This document shows, in pieces, positions 1 through 9,650 of a stretch of DNA of 64,000 bases (position 1 is the first letter of the stretch; the number at the start of each line of letters is the position of its first letter). Source of the stretch: Chloroflexota bacterium (GTDB lineage Bacteria; Chloroflexota; Anaerolineae; Aggregatilineales; Phototrophicaceae); assembly GCA_039933955.1 (NCBI GenBank), contig JBDTNB010000008.1, positions 20,396-84,395 on the forward strand, read 5' to 3'. Both the position numbers and the translations under genes were made by a program. Below the pieces are notes generated by a model, which saw only the letters and a list, made by a program, of their open reading frames with translations, was not told where the DNA came from and did no database searches.

Positions 1-92
1 AGGAAGCTGCAAAGGCTTATTCGATGGAGAGTATGATCCTCGCCTATCAAATCCTCTATGACAATCTGGTGCATAAGCACCCAATACAGTAA
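1..92 (+). CDS. 3' end of a probable GT4 glycosyltransferase (partial)
   Basis: Frame from nt 3 reads EAAKAYSMESMILAYQILYDNL...* , resembling a GT4 C-terminal helix; glycosylation context. Confidence 0.5.
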   Translation, partial: EAAKAYSMESMILAYQILYDNLVHKHPIQ

Positions 93-200
93 TGGGAATG
101 GCTTGTGACGCTGGCCTGCCTGTCCTAAATAAAATTTATGATTGCCCTATGATATACTGCAAAATGCGTACCCATTTCCTGTGTTAAGGAAAATCGAAGT

Positions 201-1877
201 ATGAAAATTGCGCTTACACCTGCTGGCACACTCGATGCAGCCAGTTCACGTATCCGTTCCTATACCTTACAATCCTCGCTGAGTAAGCTGGGTGTCCAGA
301 CTTCTGGCAGCTATTCGACGCAATCCGATGTACTGGTCATCCAAAAAAGGTTGACGCCAAAACTGCTTGACGACGCCCGGAAAGCGAAATCGCAGAACGC
401 CATCGTCATCTATGACATTGATGATTGGGGCGAGGCGCTGGGCAATTGGGTTCCTACTCCCCTGCTGCAAGAAATGTTGAGCCTCGCCGATGTCGTGACC
501 ACTGACACGCTGGGTCATAAACAACAGTTGCAACAGGACAACCCGGCGCTTAAAGTCGAAATTGTGCCGGACGCAATCGACTACTTTCCGTCTAAGCCTG
601 CCCACCTGACCTTATCCAACAGCAGACCCCTGCGCGTGTTATGGTTTGGCAACATCTCGAATATCGGCCTCTTCGAAAAATATGGCGAACGGCTCCAATC
701 GATGGCGGATGTTAAAGTGGTTATCATCAGCGGCAGTTATGGTAACAACGGCAGTGTGCTGAATCCCTACGCCGAAAAATATCCCAACATCGAGTTTTTG
801 CCCTGGTCACGGGATACATTTATCAAAAATATGCAGTCGTGCCAACTCTCATGTCTGATGCACGACGGCTCGGTGCTCGATCTGGCTAAAAGCAATAACA
901 AGATGATTACGAGCATCACCTGGGGCGTCCCGGCGGTGGTATCGCTCACACCGGAATACGAACGCACCGCCCAGGAAGCCGGTATTGAAAAAGCCGTGTT
1001 TTCGGACGAAACGGAACTCTGCGAAGCAATTGAAGCGCTGCGTTCGGCACAGTCACGCGCAGTTTATCAGGCATCAGCACAGCCGGAAATATGGAAACGT
1101 TACTCACCAGAAGCGGTTGCAAAAACGTTCCTGAATATTGTGGGCAGCATCCCTTCGAGCCGCATTGATCCGGCGGAACTACAGACGGTACTATCCGCCA
1201 GTGTGCAAGAAATAACAGCCCCAACGACAAGTTTGTTACGACAAACCCGTCATTTGGTGAGAAATCATATGCCCTCTCGGCTCAAAACAGCCTTATCGCC
1301 CTACGTGCCAGCAATCCGCACGTCACTAATCTTAGACCCAGCACGACCCGCGACTGCTTCTGCCCAAACAATATGGGACAAAGCCAGCGAAGGAGCATTC
1401 AGAATGCCACTGTCCGACCAACAGAACCGAAGTAAATTGAAACCCTTAACCCTGAAACCGAGTGTCGAGGATGTGAAAGCTGCCCTGCGCGTTCACAAAC
1501 CAGCATCCGTCCTGGAGGTCGGGTGCGGTTCAGGCAAGCTCCTGAGCGGTCTGGCGAACGAATTTAACGTTGAAGGCTGCACCAAATCGTCGGATATGCT
1601 GCGGCAGTGCGAGCCTGGATTGAAGGTATTTCAATACGATATAGCGGCGGCAGCGGGCGACTTTGAGTATAAAAATGTGTCCCGCTGGGACATTCTGCTC
1701 ACACGCGGGGCGATGATGGATTTGATTGAGACGCCTTTGCAGACGGCATATGCGATGAATAACATGCTGCTGCTGGCGCGCACCAAGATTCTGGTATGGG
1801 AACGCCCCGAAGTATGCTGGTGGATGCAGCAGTTTTCAGACAGCCCCAAATTTGAATACCACCCTGTTACGGATTAA
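201..1877 (+). CDS. Glycosyltransferase fused to a class I SAM methyltransferase
   Basis: GT-like N-terminus (YDIDD, KSNNK...WGVPAV); C-terminal VLEVGCGSG SAM-binding motif. Confidence 0.75.
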   Translation: MKIALTPAGTLDAASSRIRSYTLQSSLSKLGVQTSGSYSTQSDVLVIQKRLTPKLLDDARKAKSQNAIVIYDIDDWGEALGNWVPTPLLQEMLSLADVVTTDTLGHKQQLQQDNPALKVEIVPDAIDYFPSKPAHLTLSNSRPLRVLWFGNISNIGLFEKYGERLQSMADVKVVIISGSYGNNGSVLNPYAEKYPNIEFLPWSRDTFIKNMQSCQLSCLMHDGSVLDLAKSNNKMITSITWGVPAVVSLTPEYERTAQEAGIEKAVFSDETELCEAIEALRSAQSRAVYQASAQPEIWKRYSPEAVAKTFLNIVGSIPSSRIDPAELQTVLSASVQEITAPTTSLLRQTRHLVRNHMPSRLKTALSPYVPAIRTSLILDPARPATASAQTIWDKASEGAFRMPLSDQQNRSKLKPLTLKPSVEDVKAALRVHKPASVLEVGCGSGKLLSGLANEFNVEGCTKSSDMLRQCEPGLKVFQYDIAAAAGDFEYKNVSRWDILLTRGAMMDLIETPLQTAYAMNNMLLLARTKILVWERPEVCWWMQQFSDSPKFEYHPVTD

Positions 1878-1893
1878 GGATAGTAAGCTAAAA

Positions 1894-2397
1894 ATGGGAC
1901 ACAAATTACATGTCGGATGCGGAAGCGACCTGAAACTCGGTTACATCAATATTGATGAATTTAATCCGCAGGCAGACTTACAAATGTCGATCCAGGAACT
2001 CAATTTTGAGGATGGATCAGTAGAACGTATCGAAGGCAATATGGTGCTGGAGCATCTGTCACGCCCGGATGCGCTGGCCTTTGTCCGCAATTCCTATCGC
2101 ATGTTAGAGATTGGCGGCGTGCTGGCGCTGGAATGCCCCGATCTCGTCAAAATATCCCGCTTAATCCTGATGTTTGCGGATGATCCTGAATACCTGGAAC
2201 TTGGCCCTTATGGTCTGCGCGGCTTTTTTGGCGAGCCAACCGACCACATGACCATCGGCGATTATCACAAGTGGGGCTACACCCCTTCTACGGCTGCCGT
2301 CCTGGTCAAAGAAGGCGGCTTCACGCAATTTAGCATCACGGATGGAACCTCCCATTTGTGCCCGCTGCGCGATATGCGGATCGAAGCGACCCGCTAG
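1894..2397 (+). CDS. Class I SAM-dependent methyltransferase (glycan-cluster type)
   Basis: KLHVGCG...YINID, VLEHL, LEIGGVL motifs; ATG at 1894. Confidence 0.8.
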   Translation: MGHKLHVGCGSDLKLGYINIDEFNPQADLQMSIQELNFEDGSVERIEGNMVLEHLSRPDALAFVRNSYRMLEIGGVLALECPDLVKISRLILMFADDPEYLELGPYGLRGFFGEPTDHMTIGDYHKWGYTPSTAAVLVKEGGFTQFSITDGTSHLCPLRDMRIEATR

Positions 2398-2452
2398 ATG
2401 CTTGCTGCCTCACACTCATCAGGTGGATAATCCGGGCAGAAAGGAGACCGAC

Positions 2453-3016
2453 ATGATTGCACGCGAACCGCTGATTGTTGAAGTATTTGAGCGTTTCATC
2501 TCGCTACCGGAGAACAAGGGTCGGAAACTGGAACTCATTAACGGGGAGATAGTAGAAGAAGTGCCAAACCGAATGCACGCCCTGATTGCTGCATTATTAA
2601 CGGCCATTTTCGTCAACTACTTTCGGGAACATCCGATTGGATGGGCATTTACGGAGGCGCGTATCAAGTTTCCTGAGCACCCGCTCAATGATTACGTCCC
2701 GGATGTAGCAGTGGCGCTGGCCGAAAATCACAGCATTCTGACGGATGATCTGAGCGAGCCATTCACAATCACACCTGAACTGGTGGTGGAAATTCAATCA
2801 CCCGGCCAGAGTGAGCAATTCATGGTCGATAAGGCCGATGTGTATCTGGGGTATGGGGCGCGTATCTCGATCATCGTTTTTCCGCTGCTGCGGGCTGTCG
2901 AAGTCCGGCGATCAGGGACTCACAAACGGTTTTTCGAGGGCGAGTCGATTGACCTGGGCGATCTACTGCCGGGTCTCATCATCCCGGTGAGCGATATATT
3001 TCCAAAGATTGAGTAG
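2453..3016 (+). CDS. Uma2 (DUF820) family endonuclease-fold protein
   Basis: LELINGEIVE, PDVA, PELVVEIQSP, LLPGL motifs; AAGGAG RBS before ATG 2453. Confidence 0.85.
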   Translation: MIAREPLIVEVFERFISLPENKGRKLELINGEIVEEVPNRMHALIAALLTAIFVNYFREHPIGWAFTEARIKFPEHPLNDYVPDVAVALAENHSILTDDLSEPFTITPELVVEIQSPGQSEQFMVDKADVYLGYGARISIIVFPLLRAVEVRRSGTHKRFFEGESIDLGDLLPGLIIPVSDIFPKIE

Positions 3017-3039
3017 CCCTTCACCCCTATGAGAACCTA

Positions 3040-4575
3040 TTGAACGACAAGAGACGATTAGTCGGCCCTGCTATTTTCATTACGATATTCGCAGTTGGAG
3101 CACAGGTCACCGCCTTTGTTATCCAATTAACCCTGGCGAACTTATTCGGCAGCACCATCCAGATGGATGCTTTCGTCGCAGCCAACACCCTTCCCGATTA
3201 CCTTATTGCTATTCTGGTAGGTGTGTTGAGTGTGGTGTTCATTCCGGTCTTCATGGACTATGAGGCATCAGGCCGCGAGGAAGACGCCTGGATTGTCACC
3301 AGCGGGATTCTCAATACCTATTTGCTGCTGTTGGGCATCTTAACCCTGATTGGGGTTTTATTCTCGCGTTCAGTCGTACAGTTGATTACGCCTGGTCTGC
3401 CACCCGATACCCTCGACATCGCGTCACATCTTGCCATCGTCCTATGGCCTACAGTGCTGGGTGTCGGCGTATTCAGCTTATTATCGGGCATCTATCAGGT
3501 TCGCGGTCATTTTAGCTGGCCCGCAATCGCCTCATTATTAGGTCAGATTATCAATCTCATATTGGTGATTGTGCTGACGCCGTTGTGGGGTGTTACCGGC
3601 GCAGCTATTGGCGTCGCCGCAAACATCCTGCTACAGGTGCTGCTGCTGGCGCGCATCTGGCTGCGGCAGAAGCACTATCATTTCGGCCTGTACTGGCGGC
3701 ATCCCGGTATCCGACAGGTGCTTCATTTATTATGGCCGCTGCTGGTTTCCGGCATCGTCATCCGCTGGACACCGGTGGTTGATCGCTATCTAGTGTCATC
3801 GCTGCCGGTTGGCAGTATTTCCCACCTCAACTACGCCTTTAAGATCGTCGAAGGACTGTCTTTATTATTGTCCACCGGAATTTCAGTCGTCATTTTCCCG
3901 CAAATGGCCTTGAATGTTTCGCAGAGTGATACCCACGCTTTAAAGCAAACCATCTCGCAAGGACTCAGGTTGATGTGGCTGGCAGTTGCCCCGGCCATTT
4001 TTATCGGCATCGCGCTTGCGATACCCATCATCACTATTCTGTATCAGCGTGGCGAATTCAGCGCTGCTGATACTGAAGTGGTCGCCGCACTGATGCGGGT
4101 GTATCTGTTCGCGTTGGTGGGGATGAGTTTGGGTTCCGTCACCGGACGCAGTTTTTATGCCCTGAAGGACACCCGCACCCCAGCCGTTATTGGGACGATC
4201 CAGGCTTTTGTTTACATCGTCTATGCAGTGGCATTGGTGCATTTCTTCGGGGTGTTCGGCGCTGCCATCGCCTACGTCATTTACTTCAATGTTTCCCTGT
4301 TGTGGCAGGTGGTTGTCATCCGTTTGAAAACCGGCGGCACGGGTGGCAGGCTGGTCATTGGCTCGTTTGGAAAAACCTGTCTGGCAGCGATCATCGCAGG
4401 GTTAAGCGCCTGGGGTGTCATACACCTGATGGCTTCACCTTGGTTGCAGTTGATTTCCGGCGCGGCGGTGAGTCTGGTCATGTATCTGGCGATCCTGCTG
4501 CTGCTGCGTTCCACCGAAATCGCTTTACTGCTGCGACTCGCCCGCCAGCAATTTGCACAGCGGTTGAAAGGTTGA
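3040..4575 (+). CDS. murJ: MurJ/MviN family lipid II flippase
   Basis: Polytopic membrane protein; DAFVAANTLP, VFIPVF, LYQRGEF, FYALKDTRTP signatures. Confidence 0.9.
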   Translation: MNDKRRLVGPAIFITIFAVGAQVTAFVIQLTLANLFGSTIQMDAFVAANTLPDYLIAILVGVLSVVFIPVFMDYEASGREEDAWIVTSGILNTYLLLLGILTLIGVLFSRSVVQLITPGLPPDTLDIASHLAIVLWPTVLGVGVFSLLSGIYQVRGHFSWPAIASLLGQIINLILVIVLTPLWGVTGAAIGVAANILLQVLLLARIWLRQKHYHFGLYWRHPGIRQVLHLLWPLLVSGIVIRWTPVVDRYLVSSLPVGSISHLNYAFKIVEGLSLLLSTGISVVIFPQMALNVSQSDTHALKQTISQGLRLMWLAVAPAIFIGIALAIPIITILYQRGEFSAADTEVVAALMRVYLFALVGMSLGSVTGRSFYALKDTRTPAVIGTIQAFVYIVYAVALVHFFGVFGAAIAYVIYFNVSLLWQVVVIRLKTGGTGGRLVIGSFGKTCLAAIIAGLSAWGVIHLMASPWLQLISGAAVSLVMYLAILLLLRSTEIALLLRLARQQFAQRLKG

Positions 4576-4616
4576 ACCATGCTTGTTCATTTATGGATGA
4601 CTGAGCCGTCGTTGAC

Positions 4617-5273
4617 ATGGGTAACATTATGAAAAATGTTTTGAAATCAGTCTACAGGCGATTACCGTATCCATTGAAAGCGCTGCTTGCTATATTCATT
4701 CCCAAGATCAGACAATCGCTGCTTTCCGACCCATCCATCGTGCGTGACTATCGCAAAGCCTGGGTTGATCCTGCCGGATACGCTTATCGCATGAAAGCCT
4801 ATGAAAAACAGCGCAAAGGCGGCGAAAAACCGCTGCTGGAAAACCCAACCGTAGACGAGGTTCGGGCTGCCTTACAAGCCCATTCCCCTGAATCGGTTCT
4901 GGAAATAGGCTGCGGCTGGGGGCGCTTGCTCGAAGAACTCTACAAAGATTTCAAGATCGAGGGCTGCGATATATCACCCGACATGCTTAAATTATGCCCA
5001 CCCTACCTGAGCGTTTTTGAGCATGATATTGCGGCGGAGAACCCTGACTACTATCGCCAGAACGCAAACCGATGGGACATCCTTTTCACACGCGGGGTGA
5101 TGCTCTACATCGTGGAAAAGCCGGATGTCACCTTGCAAGTGATGAAAAATATGTCTACGCTGGCGCAGCAAAATATTCTGATCTGGGAATGGCCGGAGGT
5201 GTGCGCAAAAATGCAAACCATCCTGATCGACCCCAAGTTCGAATATCATCCCATCGAGCGCCGCGATGAGTAA
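4617..5273 (+). CDS. Class I SAM methyltransferase, paralog of the C-terminal domain of 201..1877
   Basis: VLEIGCGWG; shares RWDIL.TRG.M and PKFEYHP with 201..1877. Confidence 0.8.
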   Translation: MGNIMKNVLKSVYRRLPYPLKALLAIFIPKIRQSLLSDPSIVRDYRKAWVDPAGYAYRMKAYEKQRKGGEKPLLENPTVDEVRAALQAHSPESVLEIGCGWGRLLEELYKDFKIEGCDISPDMLKLCPPYLSVFEHDIAAENPDYYRQNANRWDILFTRGVMLYIVEKPDVTLQVMKNMSTLAQQNILIWEWPEVCAKMQTILIDPKFEYHPIERRDE

Positions 5274-5421
5274 AGTTCGGAAACTCAGTTGTTAGCTTTT
5301 AGCTAAAAGACAAAACAATCGCTTGAGGATAGTGAACGCAGGGCAATTTATTGCCAAAACTGACTTATACGGCCATATAGGGCACTATGTGTCGTGCCCT
5401 ACATGGGAAGTCAGGTGAGGA

Positions 5422-6579
5422 CTAATCGCCAACTGCCTGAAGCGCACGAACGGCTTCTTTCAGCGATTTTGCGACATACTCAATCTCTTCGCGCTTGAGC
5501 CGTAAATGCAGCGGCAGCGAAATGACATGATCGCTGGCGTATGCGGCATTCGGGCATGTCCCATAAGCATCGTGATACATGCTGTAAATGGTATTGTCGC
5601 GATAATGCACACCGGGATAAATCTGCGCCTGATTCAATTTGCCAACCACATCATCGCGATGATCGACCATCACCTGGTACAGATGGCGTGAAGACACACT
5701 GTTGGGCGCCATCGGGATGCGTTGGATAGCAGGTTCATCGGCTAACAATTCATCGTACCAGGCGCTTATCTGGCGACGATACCCATTGTCCTCGTCCACA
5801 TATTTCAAAGCGACTAAGGCCATCGCCGCCATGATCGAGTTGCCGTGATACTTAAATCCGACAGCTTCAACGTCATAGTACCAATTGTAGGTTCCGGTGT
5901 TGGCTGTCCGGGCATAGGTATCCTTGTTAATACCCATCCACGCCCAGCGCCGCGCCTGTGCATCCAGTTCGGCGTCATTCCAGCAGATCATGCCAGAGTC
6001 CGCCGTCGGCAAATTCTTCACGGCCTGATAGCTAAAAACCGTCACATCAGCGTCAAAACCCACGTGCTGCTCATCCAGATAGGTTCCGGTCATATGGGCC
6101 GCATCGAGGATTAATTTGAGCTTATGCTTGTTACACAATTCGCGGATGGCTTTATAGTTGCCAGGATTGCCGCCCATCCCCACGAACATAACCGCGCGTG
6201 TGCGCGGGGTGATGCGTTCCTCAACCGACTTGGGATCAAGGCATAAATACGGGTCAACATCTGCAAAAACCGGTTTCAGGTTTTCATACAGGATGGCGTG
6301 ATTCGTCGAGACAAAGGTCAACGGTGTGGTGATAATTTCATCGCCATCCGCCCAGTTACCCTGTGCTTTGAGCTGCGCGATTGCCAGATGTAAGCCAGAG
6401 GTGGCTGAATTTAAAAAATGGGCATGGGGTAAGCCGGTGTATTCCTTCCAGGCTTTTTCGAACTCTAGGGTTTTGAAACCCAGACCAGTCCAACCTTTTT
6501 CCAGACACTCCCGTATGGCCTCAAGCGTTTCGTCATTACGGAAGGTTGGAACAAATAACTGAATGGGCTGCATTATCAT
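5422..6579 (-). CDS. DegT/DnrJ/EryC1/StrS PLP-dependent sugar aminotransferase
   Basis: NSATSGLHLA, TPLTFVST, DAAH, FSYQAVKNL, SLPLH motifs. Confidence 0.92.
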   Translation of the reverse strand: MIMQPIQLFVPTFRNDETLEAIRECLEKGWTGLGFKTLEFEKAWKEYTGLPHAHFLNSATSGLHLAIAQLKAQGNWADGDEIITTPLTFVSTNHAILYENLKPVFADVDPYLCLDPKSVEERITPRTRAVMFVGMGGNPGNYKAIRELCNKHKLKLILDAAHMTGTYLDEQHVGFDADVTVFSYQAVKNLPTADSGMICWNDAELDAQARRWAWMGINKDTYARTANTGTYNWYYDVEAVGFKYHGNSIMAAMALVALKYVDEDNGYRRQISAWYDELLADEPAIQRIPMAPNSVSSRHLYQVMVDHRDDVVGKLNQAQIYPGVHYRDNTIYSMYHDAYGTCPNAAYASDHVISLPLHLRLKREEIEYVAKSLKEAVRALQAVGD

Positions 6580-6752
6580 TCACTCCCGGTGGTGCTGTAT
6601 CCATAATACTCTATCTTGATCTTGCCATAGTTTTGGTAATTTGGGAATTAAGTTTAAGACCTTTGTGGTATTGGTACGGCGTGGTGTATGCTTGATTCGG
6701 CAATGACAATCGTTTATATTCAAATTACTTCTGAACAGATTAAGGTCATGCC

Positions 6753-7136
6753 ATGACAACTTTTCGAACCATCCGGGTGGTCATCGTTGATGAGCACGAG
6801 ATGGTCGTCACCAGTCTCAAAATTATGTTTGAAAGCCTGAGCGGGATTGAGATTATCGGGCGGGCGGTCAATGGTGCAGAGGCGGTTGATTTGGCGGGCG
6901 CACTGCTGCCGGATGTGATGCTGATGGACATCATGATGCCGGTAATGGATGGTCTGACCGCGACCCGGCTGATCCGTAAACAATATCCGCAGGTTAAAAT
7001 TGTGATTTTGACGGCATCCACTTTAGAAGCCGACAAACAGGCGGCGCTCGATGCAGGCGCGCACAGTTATGTCCGCAAAGAAGGTTCGAGCGTGGAACTG
7101 ATTGAGGCGATCCGGGCGGTGATGCGGAATGATTAG
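6753..7136 (+). CDS. Stand-alone response regulator receiver (NarL-like)
   Basis: VIVDEH, PDVMLMDIMMPVMDG, ILT, YVRK motifs. Confidence 0.88.
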   Translation: MTTFRTIRVVIVDEHEMVVTSLKIMFESLSGIEIIGRAVNGAEAVDLAGALLPDVMLMDIMMPVMDGLTATRLIRKQYPQVKIVILTASTLEADKQAALDAGAHSYVRKEGSSVELIEAIRAVMRND

Positions 7137-7269
7137 CTTTTAGAGATGTAGTTGTAAACAAAAAATTTGGCGCATGTTCAAAACGAGTGATTTTCGTAGG
7201 GGACGACCTATGTGTCGTCCCTGCTGATATAGACTTTTCACTTAATCTGAACAAGAGCCATCATTTTAA

Positions 7270-7348
7270 CCCTCACTCCCAGCCTGCCTTCGGCGTCCCT
7301 CAGGGTGAAAGTCCCTCGCCCTGAGGGAGAGGGATTTAGGGTGAGGGT
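7270..7348. repeat. CCCTCACCC-type palindromic repeat; also at ~37060-37096, 44637-44675, 46681-46783, 57684-57788, 60767-60806
   Basis: ccctcacc...ccctctccc...gagggg hairpins recur in intergenic regions. Confidence 0.8.
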
Positions 7349-7414
7349 CGTAATATTTCGTCCGCGCGGCTTCCCCTACCCCACAACACCTATTGGTATT
7401 GGGCTAATCCCTGT

Positions 7415-7744
7415 AAAAACGAAAAGACCCCTGGATTGCAGTTCCAGAGGTCGTCTTCGAATTTGCCGTTTGGAGTTTCTAAGACGCTGCCGAACGGGAA
7501 TTCAATTCAGCAGCCCCCTTTACCATCGGCAAACGCAGGGAGGATCGCCAAGGAACGCACGCCAATGCGCCCAAACCCGCCTTTCGCCAGACCCAGGTGC
7601 TTTACAAAAAGCCCAAATTGGTTGATACTACCATGCAACTTGCGATAGTCGCATGTCCAACCTGGACATTGCAAACCCAGCGCCCCGTTTTCGCCGACGG
7701 GGCGTTTGGTTTTTCTGGCTAATCACATTTTGGCGATGTGCTTG
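7415..7744 (-). ncRNA. Structured ~330 nt RNA of the HTH module, copy 1
   Basis: Follows TTGACA-18-TACATT; alignable over its full length to 27828-28153 and 47918-48241; terminator at 7415-7452. Confidence 0.75.
7601..7715 (+). ncRNA. Antisense promoter and ~80 nt countertranscript, copy 1
   Basis: TTTACA(7601-06)-17-GATACT(7624-29); ends in the cgccccg/cggggcg hairpin followed by tttggttttt. Confidence 0.6.
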
Positions 7745-7749
7745 CAGAC

Positions 7750-7779
7750 AATGTATCACAATATCATGCTACTTGTCAA
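7750..7779 (-). promoter_or_regulatory. sigma70 promoter directly after the HTH stop codon, copy 1
   Basis: TTGACA(7779-74)-18-TACATT with extended TG. Confidence 0.7.
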
Positions 7780-7780
7780 A

Positions 7781-8017
7781 TCATTCATTTTTTGAGATAC
7801 CGATTTGTGGGCCGTTGCCACTTTCATTCATATACCGCATCAGGTCGGGCAGCCATAGGTCATAGCCGCGTTTGCGCTTACGGACTTTGATGAGGCGTTC
7901 TGCTTCAGGGAGATTCCAGTTATCGCGGGCTAATCGCTGAACATAAATCTGGTTATATCCAGTTATCTCCGCCCCTTCGCTGGTGCTCACCCAACTGTCT
8001 TCGTTCGTATATTCCAT
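7781..8017 (-). CDS. Small excisionase-like HTH protein, module copy 1
   Basis: WVSTSEGAEITGY...LARDNW...IKVRKR..GYDLWLPDLMRY...GP; four paralogs in the window; TATAAT at 8060-8055. Confidence 0.85.
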   Translation of the reverse strand: MEYTNEDSWVSTSEGAEITGYNQIYVQRLARDNWNLPEAERLIKVRKRKRGYDLWLPDLMRYMNESGNGPQIGISKNE

Positions 8018-8479
8018 TGCTGTTGTAGGATTCTTGGCGTGTTTCCTACAAAGCATTATACAGCTTTCAAGGGGAAAAGCAGGATGGCATCGTGTTTTTG
8101 TCAAGTGTGGTCAAGGATTGAGACCGCGAATCATTTTTCGCCGTGTGCGCCGCCGGGGGATAAAAGGCTTGTCCGCAAATGAATCTGGCCGATTCATAGC
8201 CAACCATTATCGGTAAACGGCCTCGTCGTCGTAGAGGCACGACAGGTCGTGCCCTCGCTTTTATGAATTTTGCCGCCTTAAATATGACCGATTTCTAACC
8301 AAGAAACTCACCTTGTAGCCCCTTCCTTCAGTGGACTCAAGCCCCGACACGCGGGTTTTACAGTCCTCTTGAGAGGACTTAGCACTTTGGTAGCCGGACA
8401 CTTGAGTGTCTGGCGAAGCAACCACAACCACCCACCACTGAAGATACTCCCACCCTGTAGTATTGGGGATTTACTTTTA

Positions 8480-8497
8480 GAACTTTTGTTCTATAAT
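8480..8497 (+). promoter_or_regulatory. LexA (SOS) box abutting a -10 element
   Basis: GAACTTTTGTTC followed directly by TATAAT; matches the Firmicutes/Chloroflexi GAAC-N4-GTTC consensus. Confidence 0.7.
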
Positions 8498-8640
8498 GAT
8501 ACTGGTCATGGTTGATAGGTACGTGATAGTAGTCTAGTCTCGCCATAACAAACGTGCTTTTCGTAGGGACTGGGCTTGCCCTGTCCGATAAGGAAATTGT
8601 GGAGAAATCGCTTCGCCTAAAATAATTTTGTTTGGTGTTG

Positions 8641-8770
8641 CGCCCCTGAGTGTTCAAAGTCCTCAGCTAGATGAGAAACTGGAAATCTCTGAAGAGGTTG
8701 GCAAGTCGTGTTGCAACCTCTTCAGAGGTTTAAAAATCCTTTTGTAGCCTGAGGTTTTGAACCTCAGGCG
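8641..8770. mobile_element. MITE-like long imperfect palindrome; related elements at ~8316-8416 and 36533-36668
   Basis: cctgag..ttcaaa..cctcagcta / tagcctgaggttttgaacctcagg arms around a ctctgaagaggttg/caacctcttcagag core. Confidence 0.6.
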
Positions 8771-8906
8771 GCATAAACGGCGCTTAACTTGGTGCATATG
8801 GGACTGGGCTTGCCCCATCCGTCTTGAAAATCAGATTTCATCACGTACTTTGCAACCACTACCATGATACTCTCCAAAATGAAGGGGAACATGCCATACA
8901 GCCAGT

Positions 8907-9160
8907 AAAGCAGCAGCACAGCCTTATGTCAAAATCGGCGCAAACCTCCCGCATTCCTGCCCTACAGTTGCGAAATATGCGAGTCTCGCCACAGCGGCGG
9001 ATCGCTCCCGCATTCTCGCCGCATGTGCGACAACCTGGCGGCGCTCCTCGTGCTTCCCGCCCTTTTTCCGCCTATAAAATTCGCCACGCGGCGGCGCTTC
9101 TCGTGTTTGCCGCCCGCCAACTCGGCGGCAGTTTCTTCATCGGACAGGTTCGGTTTTTCG
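8907..9160 (+). repeat. ~255 bp element with four iterated motifs, copy A; copy B at 19467-19718 on the minus strand
   Basis: Clear nucleotide homology between copies; ctcccgYattctcgcc / cttctcgtgcttcccgcc units. Confidence 0.8.
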
Positions 9161-9164
9161 AGCA

Positions 9165-9587
9165 TCAAACCTCATCGCAATCAAAGGATAATTTCCCATC
9201 GGCCTTTAAAGTTGGAAAAGCGCTTTTTAGACCCACCATCATGGGCGCAAACCAATCTCGCCACCAGTAGGAATACACACGGGCATCCAGGCGAACCCAC
9301 AATTCACGATCCTCAGCTTTAATCACATAAGGCGGGCCATGAAAAATGGCGAAATAATCCCAGGGGCCATTTTTATCAATATTGATTTCCTCGGCTGTGC
9401 GCTGCCAATGCTGGTGATTGGCAACCCACTGCTTACACCAATCGGTCACGGGGTCATGCAAGGCTGCGGCCTCCTCGGCGGTCTTGAATTTCGCGATCAC
9501 ACAGAAAGTTCCGTCGGCTCGTACCATAGATGGGATATATCGTGCTGACATATAAGCATGAACCTCGATTCCTCTAAATCCCGACAA
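9165..9587 (-). CDS. Hypothetical protein (immunity-like orphan; start may be 9551)
   Basis: 140 aa Trp-rich ORF with no recognised motif. Confidence 0.55.
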   Translation of the reverse strand: MSGFRGIEVHAYMSARYIPSMVRADGTFCVIAKFKTAEEAAALHDPVTDWCKQWVANHQHWQRTAEEINIDKNGPWDYFAIFHGPPYVIKAEDRELWVRLDARVYSYWWRDWFAPMMVGLKSAFPTLKADGKLSFDCDEV

Positions 9588-9650
9588 AAAAGAGGTCGCT
9601 ATTCGCGACCTCTCAACAATGTCATGAACAGTAGGCTTCGATTATTGTCC

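Noticed and set aside
7781-8017. HTH genes as prophage excisionases
   Set aside because: No integrase or phage genes adjacent to any of the five copies.
8907-9160. CRISPR array
   Set aside because: Units are degenerate, spacing is irregular, spacers are conserved between the two copies, and there are no cas genes.
8824-9322. ORFs 8824-9270, 9023-9322, 19434-19742, 19444-19923, 19487-19918 as real genes
   Set aside because: Similarity appears in several frames at once, which reflects a DNA-level repeat.
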